Shown here: piece by piece, positions 18,060 to 27,405 of the stretch
Layout of the letters: each line of letters starts with the position of its first letter
Position numbering within the stretch: position 1 is the first letter of the stretch
Assembly: GCA_048881705.1 (NCBI GenBank)
Contig: JBHLSH010000035.1
Coordinates: 1 to 36,993, forward strand
Direction of reading: 5' to 3'
Source of the DNA: Candidatus Heimdallarchaeota archaeon
Lineage (GTDB): Archaea; Asgardarchaeota; Heimdallarchaeia; Hodarchaeales; Hodarchaeaceae
DNA: 36,993 bases
Translations under genes and position numbers: made by a program
Notes under the pieces: model-generated
Databases searched by the model: none
What the model saw: only the letters and a program-made list of their open reading frames with translations
What the model was told of the DNA's origin: nothing

Positions 18060-18787
18060 ATATTTCTGTTTTTAAGGTATTGCAGTCCTTCCATAAGGTT
18101 TGGAGATTCTAGGTATGGGATTTGTTCGAAAGACGTCCATCGCAATAAATTATCTTGGAATTCTTCATTACCCACCACTGGAATGGAGACATCAGGTACT
18201 CCACCATTACCTAGGGTTCTACACGTGGTATAAATCATTAGGATAGCGGAATTACCTTTTTCCCCTCTTATAATCGCTATCAAGTCCATCACGTCTTCTT
18301 GGACTTGAATTTCCAATTCTTCACGCAATTCTCTCAGACATGCTTCCTGGACCGTATTGGTGATATCAGAAATTTCGAACAGACCTCCAGGGAGCGTCAC
18401 AAACCCAGGTTTATATTCAGATTTCTGCGATCTTACGCCCAGTAAGAAATGAGTTTCTTTTGGATTCGTTATCAGCACCTTACATCCCAGCACGCCGAGA
18501 GTTCCGGGAATACTCAGTTTATTGTAGTTATGATACACAAGGAGAGAGAATTCAATCCAGGACGTAGTAAGTTTTAAAATTCCCGATTTATCAGAGAAGT
18601 TTTGTAGAACAAGAATTTTGCCGTCATAGAGAGCAGGATATTGACGAGAAAGGGCTTTCCAATGGAGTTTACTTAACCTTAGGATCTTTGAGGAAAAATT
18701 AAATCGATAGTGGGGATCGTGTTCCCATGAAACGTCAGATAACGTGATTTTTTGTTCCCAAAAAACCCTTGCCGAATTCATTTCCAA
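18056..18787 (-). CDS. NUDIX hydrolase
   Basis: Nudix-like box LPGGLFEISDITNTVQEACLRELREELEI. Confidence 0.82.
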   Translation of the reverse strand: MEMNSARVFWEQKITLSDVSWEHDPHYRFNFSSKILRLSKLHWKALSRQYPALYDGKILVLQNFSDKSGILKLTTSWIEFSLLVYHNYNKLSIPGTLGVLGCKVLITNPKETHFLLGVRSQKSEYKPGFVTLPGGLFEISDITNTVQEACLRELREELEIQVQEDVMDLIAIIRGEKGNSAILMIYTTCRTLGNGGVPDVSIPVVGNEEFQDNLLRWTSFEQIPYLESPNLMEGLQYLKNRNI

Positions 18788-18955
18788 TTTAAGGCCGCCA
18801 AAAATCGTTTTATCAATATAATTATTCCGTTCTGCTTGGATTTTCCTTATGAATAGCCTTGAGTTTAGCAGGAATATAACCCCTAATCCTTAAACAGTAG
18901 GGTATGCAAGGCGTTCACCATTTTAATGACGAATCGATGACCATGAGGTGCGTAT

Positions 18956-19729
18956 ATGTCTACTTCTACCGATATCCTTGTTTTATTTTACGGTACATTA
19001 GCTGGTTTAGCAACACTTGGGGGAGTCTTTGTGATGAGTAAAAACCGAGAATTTGCTGTAAAAAACACCGTGTATCTGAATTCATTTGCCGCAGGACTTA
19101 TTGTTGCGCTAGTCTTCTTCCACCTTATGCCCGAAGCAGCTGAACTAACCGAATACGCATTTGGAGGTATATTTGCCGGATTCTTGATTTTTTTTATCCT
19201 AGAAAATGTCATAATTCTCCATTCAGGGAGCGAGATTCATTTCCACCAACACGAAGAAACGGATGATCATCCACACGCTCATACTTCCTCTAAACGATTA
19301 GGTTTGATGGCATTTTCGGGACTTGGCTTCCATTCCCTCATTGATGGCATTATATTAGGTGTGGGATTCGAATTGAGCACCGAAATCGGGTTGTTGGCCG
19401 CCTTGGCTGTAATCTCACACGAGGTACCTGAGGGAATTACCTCTTTCACCTTGATATTTGAAAGTATGCCGAATCGAGCGGGGTCTCTTTCCGTGTTAGT
19501 TGCATTAGCCACTCCTGTTGGTGCAATACTCTCTATCATATTTCTTAGCGGTGCGTTAAATGCCGCTACTGTCGGAATTCTCCTTTCTGTTGTTGCAGGC
19601 ACATTCTTGTACGTCGCCGCATCCGATCTTATTCCCCAAACGCACGCAGAGCACAATTTCAGGAATCTGGGAGCGTTTCTAACCGGAGCGATCTTTGTTA
19701 TAGTTTTATCGTTGATTCTCCGGATATAG
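18956..19729 (+). CDS. ZIP-family metal transporter with His-rich loop
   Basis: FHLMPEA, His-rich loop HSGSEIHFHQHEETDDHPHAH, FHSLIDG, SHEVPEG, FLYVAASDLIP. Confidence 0.92.
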   Translation: MSTSTDILVLFYGTLAGLATLGGVFVMSKNREFAVKNTVYLNSFAAGLIVALVFFHLMPEAAELTEYAFGGIFAGFLIFFILENVIILHSGSEIHFHQHEETDDHPHAHTSSKRLGLMAFSGLGFHSLIDGIILGVGFELSTEIGLLAALAVISHEVPEGITSFTLIFESMPNRAGSLSVLVALATPVGAILSIIFLSGALNAATVGILLSVVAGTFLYVAASDLIPQTHAEHNFRNLGAFLTGAIFVIVLSLILRI

Positions 19730-19756
19730 ATGTGTTTAAGGAAGCCAATATAACTT

Positions 19757-20449
19757 TTACGTCTTTTCGATCCTATAGAGGCAACATTCGTCTCCGAGTC
19801 GGATACACTTATCCTTTGGAATGTTTTTTCCAAGTAATTCACTTATAATGGTCTCATGGACAGTACATACAAGAGGTTCTTTGGTTGCAATACGATAAAC
19901 CAAGCAATTTGACAGACGTAAGTTATATTCGCCGTCTTTCTCGATAAGCTGAGGATATACACCCCAATTGGCCAGGATCTCGGCTATGGCATCAAGTTTC
20001 TTTTTGAGGGGGATTGGCTTTCCAGGTTCAAGGTGGTTTTGTTGGATCGTATATTCTACTTCCTTGGCAAGGGTAATCCCCATTTTCTCTAGAAGCCGCT
20101 TTGTTTCCACCGAACCCAGTTCCCTTTTTATTTCTTTGAGCAGCCGAATACCAAAATCAGCGTAGTCTTTAGGAAATATATTCAGAGCGGATGGATTCAG
20201 GGCATAAACCATTGCTGGTCTGCCCGTTGTACCCTTCCTCTGAGTCCGAGTAACAAGTTCCTCTTTCTCTAACATTAGGAGATATTGACGTGCCGCATTT
20301 ACCGATATTCCTGCGGCTTCAGCAATGTCTTTTACGCTCGTTTGATAAGAATCATCCGGGCCAACTCTATTAACCAGAAGGAATTCAAGAATCTTGTCTC
20401 TGGAGCTTAAGTTTTCCTTTTTACCTGAAGAACTTCTTGTGTACATCAT
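19757..20449 (-). CDS. HTH transcriptional regulator (COG2345/SufR-like) with Cys-rich C-terminal sensing domain
   Basis: HTH SVKDIAEAAGISVNAARQYLLMLEKEELV, GTTGRPAMVY; C-terminal NCLVYRIA...VCTVHE...KCIRLGDECC. Confidence 0.82.
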   Translation of the reverse strand: MMYTRSSSGKKENLSSRDKILEFLLVNRVGPDDSYQTSVKDIAEAAGISVNAARQYLLMLEKEELVTRTQRKGTTGRPAMVYALNPSALNIFPKDYADFGIRLLKEIKRELGSVETKRLLEKMGITLAKEVEYTIQQNHLEPGKPIPLKKKLDAIAEILANWGVYPQLIEKDGEYNLRLSNCLVYRIATKEPLVCTVHETIISELLGKNIPKDKCIRLGDECCLYRIEKT

Positions 20450-20530
20450 CTCAAATCAACTCCTTTTTTCAACACACCAAAATCGCCCCTAGTTAACCAG
20501 ATTAGAAGATAAAATCGTTTAATTTGCCTA

Positions 20531-20574
20531 ACCGCAGATTTTTGCGGTGTAATGTTTGTAAACATAAGTTACAC
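20531..20574. promoter_or_regulatory. Adjacent inverted repeats in a divergent promoter region (candidate operator)
   Basis: ACCGCA-N6-TGCGGT (20531-20548) and ATGTTT-GT-AAACAT (20552-20565), the latter nested in GTGTAA...TTACAC (20547-20574). Lies between the HTH regulator and the ABC operon. Confidence 0.4.
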
Positions 20575-20720
20575 TGGCATGAGTTGTAATGATTTTGAAA
20601 TAGATTTGTTGATTTATATGAATTAAATGTTTTTTATATTTTTGGTGTCCTTTATTAGGGAACTCACAGGTCGAGATTTATAATAAAAGGGCGAATAACT
20701 TTTGGTGTCGGGATTTACCT

Positions 20721-22541
20721 GTGAATACTGTACGATACTTGCTTACATACCTAGGAAAGCGCAAGAAACTTGCGATTGGGGTCATCACTTCCATAATCAT
20801 TGCCCAAGTTGCTGAACTGACCATCCCGTTGCTAATTGGAGCCCTTATAGATCGAATCCTAAATGCTGTCTCTCAAAATCAGTTTTCAATTGATATTATT
20901 TGGATTGGGGTTTTTTTTATAATCGGCGTAAGCTTTATTCGAGGAATAACCCATTTTTCAGGAAGATATTTGGGCTACATCCAGGGGGAGCGGATTATCT
21001 ACGAGATCCGTCAGGATTTGTTTGATAAGTATGAAAACTCAAGTTTAGCCTTTTTTGACCAGATGCACACAGGAGATTTAATGGCAAGGGCAACTACAGA
21101 TTTGGAACCCATGGCTGAATTTTTAATCTGGGGAGAACGAATTCTTCTGCAAGCTTCTTTAACTTATCTCGGTGTTTACACTGTCCTGCTTCTATTGGAC
21201 TTCCGGCTGTTTGTCATGATTGGATTGGTTACCCCCCTGTTGTTTTTACTCTCCTATTTTGTTTCCAGAAAACTAGGCCCTCTTTACTTCGACATTCGGA
21301 CACAATACGGTGTTTTGACAACCGTGATTCAGGAAAATATTGCAGGAGCACAGATTGTACGATCATTTAATGCAGAAAGGCGTGAGAGTGCGAAATTTGA
21401 TAGAGAAAACCTAGCGTACCAGGATCTCAGAGCTTACGCCTTTAAAATTCGCTCCCTGTTTCTGCCTACAATTTTGTTTATTGTGAATCTCCTGATAACA
21501 CTGCTGATCTTTCTTGGGGGCCTTCAGGTAATTGAAGGAAATTTAAGCCCCGGCTTTTTTGTAACAATGATTTCGTATTTTACGCTGTTGGCAACACCGA
21601 CTCGATTTCTTGCGTTTTCGATGATTATGTTTGAAAGAGTAAAAGCTGCTGGAGAACGTGTATTCACGTTACTGGAAGAAAAAACGATCATTTCCGAGAT
21701 AGAAAATCCGATTAACATTTCCCACCTTACCTTTCCTCCGACGATTGTTTTTAATGATGTTACATTTGCCTATGATGAAAAACCTGTCTTGAGAAACGTA
21801 AATCTAACGCTGCATCCTGGGGAACGTGTGGCCGTTCTGGGTCCCACTGGATCCGGAAAGACTGCCCTTATTTCGATGATACCTAGGTTTTACGATCCCT
21901 CCGCAGGATTTCTTACCGTTAGCTGGAATCGTACAGATAATTACAGGCTAAATAATTTGTTTTTGAAACAATGGCGGGAGAAAATCGGCTTTGTACACCA
22001 AGAACCCTTTCTTTGGGGGCGAACCATAAGTGAAAACGTTTCTTTTGGATTAACTGATATTAAACCTGAGGAAATTGAAGAAGTTCTAAGAATTGTGCAG
22101 TTAGACGAGTTTGTTAAGTCGCTCCCTGACGGCATTGAGACATTACTAGGAGAACGGGGTGTAACATTATCGGGGGGTCAGAAACAACGTGTAGCTATAG
22201 CTAGGATGCTTCTTAGAAAACGACCGGTACTGATCTTAGATGATGCCACCTCAGCGTTGGATATTACAACTGAGACAAAATTCCAGCAGGCCTTTGAGAG
22301 ATACTTAAAGGATCATCATCCGACCGTTGTGTTAATTACACAGCGATTATCAACTCTTAAAATGGTCGATCGCATAATCATCATGCATCAGGGACAGATT
22401 TTCGAAGAGGGCACACACGAAGAATTGATGCGATCAGGAGAGATTTATCCACTTCTCTATAAAACTCAATATGAGGATGACGGGCTAGTCGATGTTAAGC
22501 TCGCTCTAGAACGGATAGTCAAGGAGAGGATCATAAATTAG
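20721..22541 (+). CDS. Type IV ABC exporter half-transporter (subunit with degenerate catalytic residues)
   Basis: TMD plus NBD; Walker A GPTGSGKT, signature LSGGQKQR, Walker B ILDDATS (E to D) and switch ITQRLS (H to Q). Confidence 0.95.
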   Translation: MNTVRYLLTYLGKRKKLAIGVITSIIIAQVAELTIPLLIGALIDRILNAVSQNQFSIDIIWIGVFFIIGVSFIRGITHFSGRYLGYIQGERIIYEIRQDLFDKYENSSLAFFDQMHTGDLMARATTDLEPMAEFLIWGERILLQASLTYLGVYTVLLLLDFRLFVMIGLVTPLLFLLSYFVSRKLGPLYFDIRTQYGVLTTVIQENIAGAQIVRSFNAERRESAKFDRENLAYQDLRAYAFKIRSLFLPTILFIVNLLITLLIFLGGLQVIEGNLSPGFFVTMISYFTLLATPTRFLAFSMIMFERVKAAGERVFTLLEEKTIISEIENPINISHLTFPPTIVFNDVTFAYDEKPVLRNVNLTLHPGERVAVLGPTGSGKTALISMIPRFYDPSAGFLTVSWNRTDNYRLNNLFLKQWREKIGFVHQEPFLWGRTISENVSFGLTDIKPEEIEEVLRIVQLDEFVKSLPDGIETLLGERGVTLSGGQKQRVAIARMLLRKRPVLILDDATSALDITTETKFQQAFERYLKDHHPTVVLITQRLSTLKMVDRIIIMHQGQIFEEGTHEELMRSGEIYPLLYKTQYEDDGLVDVKLALERIVKERIIN

Positions 22542-24315
22542 TGAGGATCAGGATCAACGCGACAGATTAGGACGGTCTTACTCGGATCGTGAACTTTTCA
22601 TTCGGTTACTAAGGTACACACGGCCCCATTTGCTTGTTTTTGGTATCGCTCTAGGAGCAATGTTGGTGGCCTCGATTCTAACGGTTATTCATCCTCTTAT
22701 CCTTGCTGTAGCCATCGACGAGTACATCATTCCTGGGAAGATCACGGGCCTGGGGACCATTGCGCTTATTTATTTCGCGATTGCAGTTGTTGCTTTTCTG
22801 CTTAATATAGTATCAATGTATGTCACAACGATTACAGGTCTCAGAATTATTACTAAGATTCGTCAACAGGCTTTTTATCAACTTCAGGAATTCAGCATGG
22901 ATTATTATGATCGAGAAGCCACGGGTCGTATTGTTTCCCGAGTTACAAATGATGTAGAGCGCCTCATGAATCTTCTTTCAACGGGTATTATCGAGGCACT
23001 GGTTTCTGGCATGTTTCTATCTGTTCTTTTCTTCATATTATTCTCTCTCGATTTTCGGTTGGCAGTCACCGTACTAATTATTTTTCCTATTTTATCGGTT
23101 TTCATTGTTTATTTTCGAATTAAGACCAGACTAGCGTGGCAAAAAACCCGAAGAACTTTAGCAAAAGTCACAGGTTACTATCAAGAGGCTATTTCAGGAA
23201 TAGAGGTCTCCAAGGCTTTTGCAGCTGAAACTTTCATGGAAGAGGAATTTAACACGCTAAATCTTGAAAATTATGAGACTCGTCTTAGAGCCTTGTTACT
23301 ATTCGCCATTTTTTTCCCACTAGTAGACACAGTCTTAGCCATAGGCACAGGCTTAGTAGTTTTAGTAGGTGGCGTGGCCATTGGGACCTCCACTATGTCT
23401 GTAGGCTTACTCGTTGCCTTTTTATCTTACTTGGGAAGGATAGCTCAGCCCGTAATGACGCTCTCAACCTTTTATAATAACCTGGTGGCGGCCATGGCCG
23501 CACTGGAACGGATATTTGACATCCTGGATAGAAAACCTGGAGTTATTCCCCGTGAGAAACAGGCATTGAATAGTTTAGAAGGCGAGATTGAATTTCGTGA
23601 CGTTTCCTTCTCATATGATAAAGGAAGTCCTATAGTTCTTCGTGATTTTAATCTGGAAATTCCTGCGAAGGGTACTTATGCATTGGTGGGTCATACGGGG
23701 GCTGGTAAGTCCACTGTGACCAACCTTCTTTGCCGGTTTTATGATTATGATACTGGTCAAATCCTTTTGGATGGAAAGGTAGATATCCGCGACCTTAGCT
23801 TGCAAAGCTATAGAAATTGGATAGCAATAATCCCGCAAGATTCGTTCCTATTCACGGGAACAATACGGGACAACCTTATTTACGGCAAGCCAGACGCAAC
23901 AGATGAAGAGATTGAACAAGCCCTCTTAAAGGTTGGGGCGTTTGATTTTGTAATGAATAAAGGCCTGGATACTGAAGTTGGTGAAAGAGGGGCTCGCCTA
24001 TCAATGGGCGAGCGTCAGCTAATTTGTTTCGCTCGTGCAGTTATAAGTGACCCCAAAATCCTGATCCTAGATGAGGCCACCTCATCGATCGATCCTCATA
24101 CAGAACTTGTAATCCAACAAAGCCTGCATCAGATTATACGGAACAGAACCACCGTGATAATTGCGCACCGCCTCAGTACAATAAAATCAGCTGACCAGAT
24201 CATCGTAATGGAAGATGGACAAATACGAGAAAGGGGGACATTTCAGGAACTAATTGACAAACAGGGAATCTTTGCGGATTTATATTCCAAACAGTTTGCG
24301 GACCAGGAAATCTAG
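22537..24315 (+). CDS. Type IV ABC exporter half-transporter (partner subunit)
   Basis: Walker A GHTGAGKS, degenerate signature LSMGERQ, consensus ILDEATS and IAHRLS; a TM287/288-type heterodimer pattern. The frame is open from 22537 (ATT), upstream of the track's TTG 22630, and encodes the typical YSDRELFIRLLRY elbow helix. Confidence 0.93.
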   Translation: MSEDQDQRDRLGRSYSDRELFIRLLRYTRPHLLVFGIALGAMLVASILTVIHPLILAVAIDEYIIPGKITGLGTIALIYFAIAVVAFLLNIVSMYVTTITGLRIITKIRQQAFYQLQEFSMDYYDREATGRIVSRVTNDVERLMNLLSTGIIEALVSGMFLSVLFFILFSLDFRLAVTVLIIFPILSVFIVYFRIKTRLAWQKTRRTLAKVTGYYQEAISGIEVSKAFAAETFMEEEFNTLNLENYETRLRALLLFAIFFPLVDTVLAIGTGLVVLVGGVAIGTSTMSVGLLVAFLSYLGRIAQPVMTLSTFYNNLVAAMAALERIFDILDRKPGVIPREKQALNSLEGEIEFRDVSFSYDKGSPIVLRDFNLEIPAKGTYALVGHTGAGKSTVTNLLCRFYDYDTGQILLDGKVDIRDLSLQSYRNWIAIIPQDSFLFTGTIRDNLIYGKPDATDEEIEQALLKVGAFDFVMNKGLDTEVGERGARLSMGERQLICFARAVISDPKILILDEATSSIDPHTELVIQQSLHQIIRNRTTVIIAHRLSTIKSADQIIVMEDGQIRERGTFQELIDKQGIFADLYSKQFADQEI

Positions 24316-24441
24316 AGCCATTAGTTAAGACTGGATTATTAGTTTTTTACTGCCTCCTTGGTTTATGAGGAAAGAGTGACAGTCAAAACACCTATGCAAG
24401 TTCGATATTTTCATCCTATATCGGTCTCTGGTGATCTTTCC

Positions 24442-25803
24442 ATGGCAGATATCTCAAACGGGGACTCTCAAGCGGATCAATCCAAAGAACTACGAGATCT
24501 ACGCGAGCGCTTATCAATTTACTCTTTGAGTGTGGGATGGGCTGCGGGAAGATCGTCCATCTTTGTCTATCTGTCGTATTTTGGCGTTGTTCTGGGGGCA
24601 TCACCTCTTGAACAGTCCATTCTAACTTCCGTACGAAATCTAGGGTCAAATATGTTCCAATCAGTTTGGGGATGGCTTGCAGACCTTAAAGGTCGAAGGC
24701 TGGTTCTGGTAATTGGTTTTACAACACTTTCTCTTTCCACATTACTTCTGCCTTTTGTTACCAATCCCTTTGAACTAGTTCTCGTGTCCCTAGTTCTTAC
24801 ATCAATTGGATTCGCTGTAATACCTGCTTGGAATGCATTTCTCGGGGATTATTCGTCTGAAAAGACACGAGCCTCCTTTGTGGGAAAAATAAATTCCTTG
24901 GGAACAATAACCAGTGTTGCATTAATCCTCTCGGTAGGAGTTCTCATGGATCTAACTCCTTTCCCGTTTCCCCGAGAAACCATTCAATATGTATCTAGTA
25001 GACCAGCTTTTGTTATTCCTTTCATCATAGGAGGTTTCTTATTTGTGGTGGGTCTAGGTACCTCTTTTTTCCTAGTTGAAAAATACGATAAACGCCTGTC
25101 AAAGGTACCATTTCCCGATGAGGTTCGTTTATCAATGAATGAATTAATCCAAAGAAATCCCCCATTCCGCCGTCTTCTCCCCATTGATGCCTTATTTAAA
25201 TTTGCTATGAGTACAGCCTGGCCTATCTTCCCTTTTGTTACATTACGGGTTGCAACTTCTTGGTTGACTGTAGCCATCCTATGGATTGTGTTTAATCTTC
25301 CTCGTGGTATTGGACAGGCTTGGGGAGGAAAGCTAGCAGATCGATTGGGTAAAAAACCTGTTTTAATTGCTTCACGAGTCGCTTACACATTGGTACCAGT
25401 TGGATTCGCAATTGGACTTCTAACTGGAGACATTTTGTTTCTCTTACTGGCGAACATACCTGGAGGAATGGCATTCGGGGCTGAGGAGACCGCAATTGCC
25501 ACTTACTCTTTGGATTGCTCCACGACCGAAACAAGAGCTCGCTATTATTCGATTCTCCTAACTTTCGAGGGAATAGCTGCATTTTCAGGCGCCATCTTCG
25601 CAGGTCTATTGATGGATATATGGCTAAAGCTTGCCGGAATTGATTATTCGAGCATAGGTTTCAATACAATATTGTTTTCTCTTCTGATATTTATAGCTAT
25701 ACTCCGATTCGCCACCGCTATTCTTCACGGCCTTATACATGCTAATCCCTTGGATTTTGAGCTGGAACAGGCAGTTCATGGAAGGGTGAAGTATAAATCG
25801 TAA
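24442..25803 (+). CDS. MFS transporter (no longin fusion)
   Basis: Motif A in both halves (GWLADLKGRR, GKLADRLGKK); ~12 TM helices. ATG 24442 is preferred to TTG 24358. Confidence 0.88.
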   Translation: MADISNGDSQADQSKELRDLRERLSIYSLSVGWAAGRSSIFVYLSYFGVVLGASPLEQSILTSVRNLGSNMFQSVWGWLADLKGRRLVLVIGFTTLSLSTLLLPFVTNPFELVLVSLVLTSIGFAVIPAWNAFLGDYSSEKTRASFVGKINSLGTITSVALILSVGVLMDLTPFPFPRETIQYVSSRPAFVIPFIIGGFLFVVGLGTSFFLVEKYDKRLSKVPFPDEVRLSMNELIQRNPPFRRLLPIDALFKFAMSTAWPIFPFVTLRVATSWLTVAILWIVFNLPRGIGQAWGGKLADRLGKKPVLIASRVAYTLVPVGFAIGLLTGDILFLLLANIPGGMAFGAEETAIATYSLDCSTTETRARYYSILLTFEGIAAFSGAIFAGLLMDIWLKLAGIDYSSIGFNTILFSLLIFIAILRFATAILHGLIHANPLDFELEQAVHGRVKYKS

Positions 25804-26094
25804 GAAATGGGAGGCCTTTAGATCCTAGCCAACGTTTTAAGACCCTGATAATCCGCGCATTCGTTTTTATCAGATTATGCAACTAATAGAGAAATCCTTG
25901 CAATTTGTGGGGTTGAATGATAAATAAACATAGATCCCAAGACATTTCTCTAAATCTCTAAGCTTTGGGCATTTGTTTCGCATGTAATTTCCGAGGACCG
26001 AAACAACGGTTTGTGGTAACTCCCACATGATATGACGGATTATCAATAATGTCGGAAGGAGACAGGGTAAAGCGTTCTTAAGGTTTGATTACTT

Positions 26095-26709
26095 ATGGGT
26101 ATACTTGCCAAGATTTTTGCAAAGAGTCGAAGATCTAAGCTGACAATTGGGATCTTGGGTGCCCCAAATGCAGGAAAAACAACTCTCGCAAATCGTATAT
26201 CGTCTGAGTGTGGAGATGGAACCCCATTGGGGGAAGTGTCTCCCATACCACACGAAACGAGGAATTGTGTTGCAATGGAGCATTGCACTATTACGGATCA
26301 ACATGGTTCCTTAGATCTTACTATTGTAGACACTCCTGGTATCACTACTTCCATAGATTATAGAGAGTTCCAAACATATGGGCTCAGCAAGGATCAGAGT
26401 ATTAATCGGGCTAAAGAGGCTACTCGGGGAGTGATAAAAGCGATTCAATCTTTAGATCGGATGGATGCGGCCATTGTTGTTGTAGATTCTGCTCGTGAAC
26501 CATTCGATCAGGTCAATTGGACTGTTATAGGAAATCTTGAGGCTCGTAATATTCCCCTGATCGTCGCCGCCAATAAGACCGATCTCGCGAAATCAAATCC
26601 CAGCCTGGTCAGAGACGTTTTCCAAAGCGATATCATCCCAATTTCAGCAAAAAATGGTACTGGTATGAATGAGCTTTACACCTCGCTTTTAGGGCTCTCG
26701 CAAACGTAA
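26095..26709 (+). CDS. oapA: Archaeal Era-like small GTPase OapA/ArvA
   Basis: GAPNAGKTTLANRI, SPIPHETR, IVDTPGI..IDY.EF...G, RAKEATRGV, DPFDQVN-like REPFDQVN...GNLEAR..P..VAANKTDL. Confidence 0.9.
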   Translation: MGILAKIFAKSRRSKLTIGILGAPNAGKTTLANRISSECGDGTPLGEVSPIPHETRNCVAMEHCTITDQHGSLDLTIVDTPGITTSIDYREFQTYGLSKDQSINRAKEATRGVIKAIQSLDRMDAAIVVVDSAREPFDQVNWTVIGNLEARNIPLIVAANKTDLAKSNPSLVRDVFQSDIIPISAKNGTGMNELYTSLLGLSQT

Positions 26710-27035
26710 TGTCGTGGGATGTGTATATGGATCTTAGAATAGATTTTGTGACGATCAATACAACTAAGAAGATGGGCGTCACTGAGAAATGTGATTTTAT
26801 AATTTCAAAGCTGCAAAATGAAAGAGTTGTCGTTTTCGAAGGTGGGCTCCAACCAGAAGAAGAGGCAGAACTAATCCAAGAAGCAATGAAACAAATCAAT
26901 CACGAAGATTTCATGGGATATAGGATTTTATCCCCTGCACCTGTCAGAACTTCTGGGATTTTTTCCCGTAAAGATATCCGTATGACTGTAATTGCACCTT
27001 CAAACTATCAGAAACTTTCTGTCGCATTAGTTTAG
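26709..27035 (+). CDS. oapB: OapB/ArvB (DUF2073) family protein
   Basis: VVVFEGGLQPEEEAELIQEAMKQINHEDFMG; TAATG stop/start overlap with oapA at 26707-26711. Confidence 0.82.
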   Translation: MSWDVYMDLRIDFVTINTTKKMGVTEKCDFIISKLQNERVVVFEGGLQPEEEAELIQEAMKQINHEDFMGYRILSPAPVRTSGIFSRKDIRMTVIAPSNYQKLSVALV

Positions 27036-27053
27036 GATATCAATTGATGTGAA

Positions 27054-27398
27054 ATGTCCGGTAACGAGGATAGCTTAAAGCGCTATAAATGTGCGCAGTG
27101 TGGTCGGAGTCCCACATCTGAATGGGAAATTTTCAAGGGGTGTGAATGTGGGCATAGACTCTTCAGAATTGTACCTAGGAATAAACCGTTATTAATTCCC
27201 GGTCGGCCATATCAACTTACAAATAATCAGGGAGTGCCAGAATTTTTAACCGTAAAGGAGGAGAGGGAAGGTGTCTACGAAATTAATGTTAACCAACTCC
27301 TCCAGAATAACGAGGAAATGCAGACTCCCTTGGTCGTAGGAACAGAGGGGGTTTTTGTAATAAAGGGATTGGCACCAAAAAGAAAAAGCGAGATCTAG
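27054..27398 (+). CDS. oapC: OapC/ArvC (DUF2072) zinc-ribbon protein
   Basis: KCAQCG...IFKGCECGHRLF; third gene of the conserved oap/arv order. Confidence 0.8.
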   Translation: MSGNEDSLKRYKCAQCGRSPTSEWEIFKGCECGHRLFRIVPRNKPLLIPGRPYQLTNNQGVPEFLTVKEEREGVYEINVNQLLQNNEEMQTPLVVGTEGVFVIKGLAPKRKSEI

Positions 27399-27405
27399 CG
27401 AACTA

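Noticed and set aside
19279-19842. 187-aa minus-strand ORF, and similar antisense ORFs over zupT, the ABC genes, PMM and the GTPase
   Set aside because: These are shadow ORFs opposite well-supported genes, with no motifs.
25804-26094. Intergenic region upstream of oapA searched for ORBs and sRNA; hairpin CTGATAA...TTATCAG at 25845-25873
   Set aside because: No ORB consensus and no C/D or H/ACA box pair; the hairpin is short.
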